Shown piece after piece: positions 57,894-64,000 of a stretch of 64,000 bases of DNA. Positions within the stretch are counted from its first letter, which is position 1; each line of letters opens with the position of its first letter. The DNA is from an uncultured Clostridium sp. (GTDB taxonomy: Bacteria > Bacillota > Clostridia > TANB77 > CAG-508). The translations under genes were made by a program, and so were the position numbers. The notes beneath the pieces were generated by a model. It did no database searches. It saw only the letters and a list, made by a program, of their open reading frames with translations, and had not been told where the DNA came from. The DNA is taken from contig CAYJKU010000001.1 in NCBI GenBank assembly GCA_964371215.1, forward strand, positions 172,412 through 236,411, given 5' to 3'.

Positions 57894-59147
57894 ATGGATA
57901 GATTAAAAAATACTATAGAAATATTAAAAGAAAACAATCAAGAACATATAATAAATCTATTAGAAAAATTAGATGGAGATGCAAAAGAAGAATTAATTAA
58001 TAAAATTAACGAGTTAGATTTTGAAAAGATGATGCATTTATATAATGCTACAGAAAAAGAAGTAGAATATAAAGAAAAAAATATAGAGCCGATAAAAGCT
58101 TTAGATAAATCAAGGATATCGAAAAAACAAGAAGATGAGTTAAATGAAATTGGTGAGAAAATCCTTATAAATGGACAGTATGCAGTTGTAACTATGGCAG
58201 GAGGGCAAGGAACAAGACTAGGGCATCCAGGGCCAAAAGGTACATTTAAATTAGATATATATGGTAAAGGAAAATATTTATTTGAAATATTAGCAGAAAA
58301 CTTAAAAGAAGCAAATGAGTTATATAATACAGTTATTCCATGGTATATAATGACAAGTAGAGAAAATAATCAAGAAACACAAAAATTCTTAAAGAAAAAT
58401 AATTTTTTCGGTTACCCAAAAGATAAAGTAACTTTTTTTACACAAAGTGAATTACCAGTTATGAGTTTTGAAGGAAAATTATTAATAGATGAGAATTATA
58501 AAATTAAAGAAGCATCTGATGGAAATGGAGGTACATATTCTTCATTAAGATCAAGTGGAATACTTGCACAGATGAAAGAAGATGGAATTAAGTGGGTTTT
58601 CATTGGATCAGTAGATAATGTATTATTAAAAATGGTAGATACTTTATTATTAGGATTTGCAAGCAATAAAAAAGTTCAAATTGCTTCTAAAACAGTAATA
58701 AAAGCTAGCCCAGAAGAAAGAGTTGGAGTTTTTTGTAAAATGAATGGAGCTCCTAAAGTTATTGAATATACGGAATTATCAAATGAAATGGCAAAAGAGA
58801 TAGATGAAGATGGTGATTTGAAATATGGAGAAGCACATATTATGTGTAACTTATATACACTAGATGCTATTGAGAAAATCAGTAAAGAAAACTTAGAATA
58901 TCATATAGCTAAAAAGAAAAATGCATATAGAGATGAAAATGGTAGTCTAATAAAACCGGAAGAAGAAAATTCATATAAATTTGAATCATTTATATTTGAT
59001 GCATTTGAATTTTTTGATGATATAGCTCTATTAAGAGGAACAAGAGAAGATGATTTTGCACCAGTAAAAAATGCAGAAGGTGTAGATAGTCCGAAGACAG
59101 CTAAAGAACTATATGAAAAATATTGGGAAAGACAAATAGAAAAATAG
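57894..59147 (+). CDS. UDP-sugar / UDP-N-acetylhexosamine pyrophosphorylase, eukaryote-type UDPGP (UAP1-like) family, paralog 2
   Basis: MAGGQGTRLGHPGPKGT, WYIMTS, DGNGG and YKFESFIFDAFEFF motifs. Start chosen at ATG 57894, after an AAAGGGA SD. Confidence 0.8.
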   Translation: MDRLKNTIEILKENNQEHIINLLEKLDGDAKEELINKINELDFEKMMHLYNATEKEVEYKEKNIEPIKALDKSRISKKQEDELNEIGEKILINGQYAVVTMAGGQGTRLGHPGPKGTFKLDIYGKGKYLFEILAENLKEANELYNTVIPWYIMTSRENNQETQKFLKKNNFFGYPKDKVTFFTQSELPVMSFEGKLLIDENYKIKEASDGNGGTYSSLRSSGILAQMKEDGIKWVFIGSVDNVLLKMVDTLLLGFASNKKVQIASKTVIKASPEERVGVFCKMNGAPKVIEYTELSNEMAKEIDEDGDLKYGEAHIMCNLYTLDAIEKISKENLEYHIAKKKNAYRDENGSLIKPEEENSYKFESFIFDAFEFFDDIALLRGTREDDFAPVKNAEGVDSPKTAKELYEKYWERQIEK

Positions 59148-59155
59148 AGGTAAAT

Positions 59156-59824
59156 ATGGAAAACTGTAAAATAGAAAAATTATATAATTTAGATCAAACA
59201 ATAGCTAAAAGATTATTAGAAAGTAATACATATCCATGGGAAGTATTACCTAAAATTAAAGATTATATATTAGAAGTAGGAAAAACACTTGATTCAGAGA
59301 AATATGATTTAATTGATGGAAATATATGGATTGCTAAGACTGCTACTATAGCAAAAACAGCAAGTATTTCAGGTCCAGCTATAATTTGTGATAATGCAGA
59401 AATTAGACATTCAGCATATATAAGAGGAAATGCAATTATTGGAGAAGGTTCAGTTGTGGGAAATTCAACAGAACTTAAAAATGTAATATTATTCAATAAT
59501 GTTCAAGTACCACACTATAATTATGTTGGAGATTCTATATTAGGGTATAAAGCACACATGGGTGCAGGAGCAATTACATCAAATGTAAAATCAGATAAAA
59601 CATTAGTTATTTTGAAAAATGAAAAAGAAACTATTGAAACTGGTTTGAAAAAATTCGGAGCAATGATTGGTGATGAAGTTGAAGTTGGATGTAATAGTGT
59701 ATTAAATCCAGGTACTGTAATTGGTAGAAATTCAAATATATATCCATTATCTTGTGTAAGAGGAATAATATGTGAAAATAGTATATATAAAAAACAAGGT
59801 GAAGTAGTAGAAAAAAGAAAATAG
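59156..59824 (+). CDS. Left-handed beta-helix (hexapeptide-repeat) acyltransferase resembling the GlmU C-terminal acetyltransferase domain
   Basis: Hexapeptide repeats (IRGNAIIGEGSVVGNSTELKNVILFNNVQV..., KFGAMIGDEVEVGCNSVLNPGTVIG). ATG 59156 lies 9 nt after the upstream stop. Confidence 0.75.
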   Translation: MENCKIEKLYNLDQTIAKRLLESNTYPWEVLPKIKDYILEVGKTLDSEKYDLIDGNIWIAKTATIAKTASISGPAIICDNAEIRHSAYIRGNAIIGEGSVVGNSTELKNVILFNNVQVPHYNYVGDSILGYKAHMGAGAITSNVKSDKTLVILKNEKETIETGLKKFGAMIGDEVEVGCNSVLNPGTVIGRNSNIYPLSCVRGIICENSIYKKQGEVVEKRK

Positions 59825-59857
59825 AAAAAATAATGGAAAGAGAGTAGATAAAAAAAT

Positions 59858-60241
59858 CTATTCTCTTTTTGTATTTACATTTTTTATTGGTAGCAAATAA
59901 CAAATAAAACCATAAAGAGTAGCTCCTAAAAAGATGGATAAATAAGAAATTAAATAATTACTAATAATAAATCTAAGTAAATATAACGAGAAAAAGGCTA
60001 AAATAAAACTAAGTATCCCTTTTTTGATAGGTGTAGCTTCATTTTTTAAAAATAAAATAAATAATAAATCTGTAAAAACTAAAAAAAGAGAAGTAACACA
60101 TATATTAGTGAGATTTTCTATAAAAAAAGAATTAGAAAAGAATATTATAATAGAAAAAATTAAAATTGCAGTAAATAATTTAATTACTGTATGTAATATA
60201 AATATTGGTAAAGAACTAAAAAGCTGTTCATAGTTATTCAT
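59858..60241 (-). CDS. Hypothetical membrane protein (about four hydrophobic segments)
   Basis: Hydrophobic ORF with no motif. The antisense 69-aa track ORF is less plausible. Confidence 0.45.
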   Translation of the reverse strand: MNNYEQLFSSLPIFILHTVIKLFTAILIFSIIIFFSNSFFIENLTNICVTSLFLVFTDLLFILFLKNEATPIKKGILSFILAFFSLYLLRFIISNYLISYLSIFLGATLYGFICYLLPIKNVNTKRE

Positions 60242-60387
60242 AAATACCTCCTTAGTATATTAAATAAATTATTAACTATAAATGTATTTAATATACAAAA
60301 ATTAATTAAATAATAAATGTTTAACTGTATAAAAAAGTTATTTTAGAAAAAGATATATTAAAGAATATATAATAAAGGAGAATAAAT

Positions 60388-61095
60388 TTGTTAATAACTT
60401 TTTTTAGATCAATAGTTTTATATATAATAATTTTAATAGTAATGAGATTAATGGGAAAAAGGCAAATAGGGGAGTTACAACCATTTGAATTTGCAATATC
60501 AATTATGATTGCAGATTTAGCGACAATACCAATGACAGAAATAGGAATACCAATATCAAATGGAATAATACCAATTTTAGGATTACTATTTATGCAATTA
60601 TTAATATCTACAATAAATTTAAAAAGTATGAAATCAAGAGAAATAATATGTGGAAAACCTAGAATATTAATCTATAGAGGAAAAATAGATGAACAAGCAC
60701 TTAGAAAAGAAAGATTTACAATTAATGAATTACAAGAAAGATTAAGAGGGAAAGATGTAAATAGTATATCTGATGTTGAATATGCCATTTTAGAGACAAA
60801 TGGAGAAATTACAATAGTATATAAACCAGAAAAAAGAGCTATAAAAGCAGAAGATATATTAGATGAAATTCAATATGAAGGAATTCAGTATGATTTAGTT
60901 GTAGATGGGAAAGTAATGGTAGAAAATTTAAAGATTTTAAACAAAGATTATATATGGCTAAAAAAAGAGTTAGAGAAATTTGAAATATTACCAGAAGAGG
61001 CATTAGTAGTAACATTAGATGGAAAAGGAGAAATATTTTATCAGAAACTACAAAAATATGAAAAAGGAGGTAGTTGTTATGATAAAAGAAATTAG
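60388..61095 (+). CDS. DUF421 (YetF/YrbG-like) membrane protein
   Basis: TTG start. RLMGKRQIGELQPFEFAISIMIADLA and a YetF_C-like C-terminal half. Confidence 0.8.
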   Translation: MLITFFRSIVLYIIILIVMRLMGKRQIGELQPFEFAISIMIADLATIPMTEIGIPISNGIIPILGLLFMQLLISTINLKSMKSREIICGKPRILIYRGKIDEQALRKERFTINELQERLRGKDVNSISDVEYAILETNGEITIVYKPEKRAIKAEDILDEIQYEGIQYDLVVDGKVMVENLKILNKDYIWLKKELEKFEILPEEALVVTLDGKGEIFYQKLQKYEKGGSCYDKRN

Positions 61096-61474
61096 CATAA
61101 TAGGAATTATAGTGATAATAGTAGTATTTTTGAATAGTATTTCACAAAATTATACGAATGAAAGTATAGATAATATGATTATACATCTAGATGAAGTAAG
61201 AAAAGAATTTATGAAGGAAGAAGAAGAAATCGATTTAGAAAAATTAGATGAAAAAATAGAAATGATGAAAGATGAGTGGGAGTTAAGATATGAAAAATTT
61301 GCATATTATATAGAACATGATGAACTTGAAAAAGTATATACAAGTATAGTTGCAATAGATGGTTTATTAGAAAAAGAAGAATATGGAAATGCAATAGGAG
61401 AACTTGAGAAAGGAAAATATACATTAGAACATATTAGAACAAAATATGAATTTACATTAAAGAATATTTTTTAA
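61079..61474 (+). CDS. DUF4363-like small membrane-anchored protein
   Basis: GGAGG precedes ATG 61079, which overlaps the DUF421 stop. One TM helix then a helical domain. DUF421-DUF4363 pairing is common in Clostridia. Confidence 0.6.
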   Translation: MIKEISIIGIIVIIVVFLNSISQNYTNESIDNMIIHLDEVRKEFMKEEEEIDLEKLDEKIEMMKDEWELRYEKFAYYIEHDELEKVYTSIVAIDGLLEKEEYGNAIGELEKGKYTLEHIRTKYEFTLKNIF

Positions 61475-61480
61475 ACAAAA

Positions 61481-61514
61481 AGAAGGTAGTAAATAAATTA
61501 CTATCTCCTTTTAA
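61481..61514. terminator. Bidirectional intrinsic terminator
   Basis: Arms aggtagtaa / ttactatct (one G-U pair) with A-run and T-run flanks. Confidence 0.6.
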
Positions 61515-61524
61515 TTTATTATAT

Positions 61525-63909
61525 CTAATCTTTAGATATTTTAGCATAAGTTTTTAGTTTTTCATAAACTAAGTGATTTACTGTTCCTAATGGGAATTTA
61601 CCGTTTTTATCTCTTTTTCCAGCTGGAACTCCTGTAAGTATTTCAATTCCTTCTTCAATAGTGGAAATTGCATATACATGGAATTGTTTGTTTTTTACAG
61701 CTTCGATTATTTCTTCATTTAACTGTAAGTTTTCAACATTTTGTATAGGAATCATAACACCATGTGAACCATCTAAACCACGCATTTTACAAATTTGATA
61801 AAATCCTTCTATTTTTTCATTAACACCACCGATTGGTTGAATTTCACCTTTTTGATTTACTGAACCAGTTACAGCAATTGATTGAGATAATGGGATACCA
61901 GATAAGCTAGAAAGTAAACCATATAATTCAGTACTAGAAGCACTATCACCATCAACACCACTATATAATTGTTCAAAACAAATACTAGCAGTTAAACAAA
62001 GTGGAATATCTTGTGCAAACATTTGTCCTAAATATCCACTTAATATTAAAACACCTTTTGAATGTGAAGGTCCTGAAATTTCAACTTCTTTTTCAATATT
62101 TATAATTCCAGATTTACCAGTATAAGTATTTACTGTGATTTTAGCAGGTTTTCCAAATGTATAGTCACCAATAGTCATTACCGTTAAACCATTTAATTCA
62201 CCAACTTGGTGTCCAGATGTTGTAATTAGTAATGAATTATTTTTAATTAATTCTAAATATTTTGTATCATATTTTTTAACTCTATCCATTCTTTCATCTA
62301 AAGCTTTTAATACATGTTTTGATGTTACTATTTTCTCCCTAGACATTTTAGCCCATGTAGCAGATTCGGCAGCAATTTGAGTCAATTCATTAAATCTAGT
62401 TGAAACTTTACTATGATTTCCAGCAAGTCTTGAACCATATTCTACAAGTTTTCCCATAGCCTCTTTATTTAAATGTGGTAAATTTTCATGTTCACAGAAA
62501 CTATGAATAATTTGAGCTAATTTATTTAAATTAGTAGTATTAATTGCAGCATCATCTTCAAATTCAACTTTGATTTTAAATAATTTTCTAAAATCACTAT
62601 CTAATGCTAATAATGTCTGATAAACATTAGCACTTCCAACTAATATAACTTTTAAATCTAGTGGAATAGGTTCTGGTCTTAAAGAAACCATAACCATTGA
62701 TGTACGTTGATCAGCAGCATTTTCAATAGCTAATTCTTTAATTCTTAAAGTCTTTTTAAGAGATTCGTAGCAAATACCATTTTGCAATAAATCTTTTGCT
62801 TGGAATATAATATATCCACCATTTGCTTGATGCATCAATCCTGGTTTTAACATAGTGTAATCTGTTTTTAAAGAACCATACTGATTTTCATATTCTAAAC
62901 TTCCGAAAATGTTATGATATGAATAATTTGAATCCATAACAATAGGGGCACCTTCTGCATGTGAATTATCTATGAAAAGATTAACTCTATAATTTAAACA
63001 TGGATCAGGTTTCTTCATATTTGGATGTTGAGGTTGTTGAGAATTAGTTTTAGTCTCTTCTTCTAAGAAGATAGGAATATTTTTTAAAACATCATTTTTT
63101 ATATCAGTTAAAAATTTATTAATTTTTTTAATTTTCTTATATTTAGATTTTAAGAAATTTATATGAACATTAACTGTCAATAAAGCTATATTTGATTGCC
63201 ATTCAGAAATCTTTTTATCTGAATCTCTTTCTATCTCCTTTATTTTACCGATTACTTCCATTATATGTTCTTGAACAACAGTTGAATTTTGTTCATACTG
63301 AGATTTTAATTCTTCATCTAATTTATCAAATTCTTCTTCTTCAATTGTTTTTCCATCAACTACAGGCATCATAAAAATACCATTTTGAGCTGTTTTTACA
63401 TGGAAGTTATATTTAGCAGCTTTTTCATTTAAAGCATCCAATAATTCAGTTCGCTTTGTTTCAAATTCATGTTTTAGTAATGCTTTTTCTTTTTCGAAAT
63501 CATCTGCATTAAAAGTTTTCTTTATATCTTTTTGAATTTCTTTAATAAAACCATCCATAGATGCTTTGAATTCTTTACCCATTCCAGCAGGTAACTCAAC
63601 AGCAATTGGACAATTTGGATTTTCAAAATTGTTAATATAACACCAGTCAGAAGGTGCTTTTTTCTTTGCAGCTATTTTCTTTAAGTAGTTTTTAGTATAC
63701 ATCGTTTTACCAACACCACTTGGACCTTCTAGAAATAGGTTATATCCTTTAACATTTACTTCTAAACCAAATTCTAATGCTTTAATTCCTCTTTCTTGAC
63801 CAATTCCACCTTCAATTGGCTCTAATTCTTTAGTTGTTTCAAATTTAAATTGAGAAGTATTACATGTCATCCTTAAATCTTTGTAACTTAATTCATTTTT
63901 ACTTTTCAT
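61525..63909 (-). CDS. Lon-like (LonC-type) protease: AAA+ module with a large helical insertion plus an S16 peptidase domain
   Basis: Walker A GPSGVGKT, about 200 aa of coiled/helical insertion, and a Ser-Lys dyad context (VDGDSASS ... GGVNEKIEGF). Confidence 0.8.
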   Translation of the reverse strand: MKSKNELSYKDLRMTCNTSQFKFETTKELEPIEGGIGQERGIKALEFGLEVNVKGYNLFLEGPSGVGKTMYTKNYLKKIAAKKKAPSDWCYINNFENPNCPIAVELPAGMGKEFKASMDGFIKEIQKDIKKTFNADDFEKEKALLKHEFETKRTELLDALNEKAAKYNFHVKTAQNGIFMMPVVDGKTIEEEEFDKLDEELKSQYEQNSTVVQEHIMEVIGKIKEIERDSDKKISEWQSNIALLTVNVHINFLKSKYKKIKKINKFLTDIKNDVLKNIPIFLEEETKTNSQQPQHPNMKKPDPCLNYRVNLFIDNSHAEGAPIVMDSNYSYHNIFGSLEYENQYGSLKTDYTMLKPGLMHQANGGYIIFQAKDLLQNGICYESLKKTLRIKELAIENAADQRTSMVMVSLRPEPIPLDLKVILVGSANVYQTLLALDSDFRKLFKIKVEFEDDAAINTTNLNKLAQIIHSFCEHENLPHLNKEAMGKLVEYGSRLAGNHSKVSTRFNELTQIAAESATWAKMSREKIVTSKHVLKALDERMDRVKKYDTKYLELIKNNSLLITTSGHQVGELNGLTVMTIGDYTFGKPAKITVNTYTGKSGIINIEKEVEISGPSHSKGVLILSGYLGQMFAQDIPLCLTASICFEQLYSGVDGDSASSTELYGLLSSLSGIPLSQSIAVTGSVNQKGEIQPIGGVNEKIEGFYQICKMRGLDGSHGVMIPIQNVENLQLNEEIIEAVKNKQFHVYAISTIEEGIEILTGVPAGKRDKNGKFPLGTVNHLVYEKLKTYAKISKD

Positions 63910-64000
63910 TTGTTTCCTCCATTTATATTATATCCATAAAAATATGGACTAGTAAATTATTTCATAATTAATCAAATTTATTCTATATCATTTGATTTTA

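Noticed and set aside
61525-63909. BrxL-type Lon-like protease of a BREX defence system
   Set aside because: No other BREX components (PglX methyltransferase, PglZ, BrxA/B/C) are visible. The downstream neighbours are DUF4363/DUF421 genes. The upstream side is outside the window, so this cannot be fully excluded.

Overview
This is a very AT-rich chromosomal segment of Firmicutes/Clostridia type. It comes from an endospore former, since spoIVA and a spoIIID-like gene are present. The taxon call is inference only.

Most of the window is core housekeeping in conserved blocks:
- dnaG-rpoD
- rpsB-tsf-pyrH-frr-ispA-uppS-cdsA-rseP
- glgP, dinB, mfd, two SpoU-type methyltransferases and smc
- rpsF-ssb-rpsR
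- a NitT/TauT-type ABC transporter and an OmpR/HK two-component pair

Content that is not ordinary:
1. A ~585 nt ORF-free region at 34.1-34.7 kb is visibly richer in G/C and full of helices. It has its own sigma-A promoter and sits directly upstream of a 4-TM membrane protein. I interpret this pair as an OLE-like large ncRNA with an OapA-like partner.
2. Two divergent paralogous genes at 11.0-14.5 kb encode a prepilin-like N-terminus plus a C-terminal FGE-sulfatase/C-type-lectin-like domain. Both sit behind a perfectly identical 397-bp module made of a promoter, a 35-codon leader ORF, a 17-bp terminator-like hairpin and the first ~38 codons. An IS481-type transposase remnant lies between them.
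3. A 620-aa fusion of a SAMHD1-like HD phosphohydrolase and a CYTH-like domain lies next to a YhgA/Rpn-like gene at 43.5-46.4 kb.
4. A 47-aa Cys-rich peptide gene is missing from the ORF track.
5. There are two eukaryote-type UDP-sugar pyrophosphorylase paralogs. One is paired with a stand-alone GlmU-C-like acetyltransferase.
6. A repeat-built beta-helix surface protein carries an NPETS-type sorting signal.

I found no rRNA, tRNA, CRISPR array or intact mobile element. All family assignments come from motif recognition by eye and need search-based confirmation.
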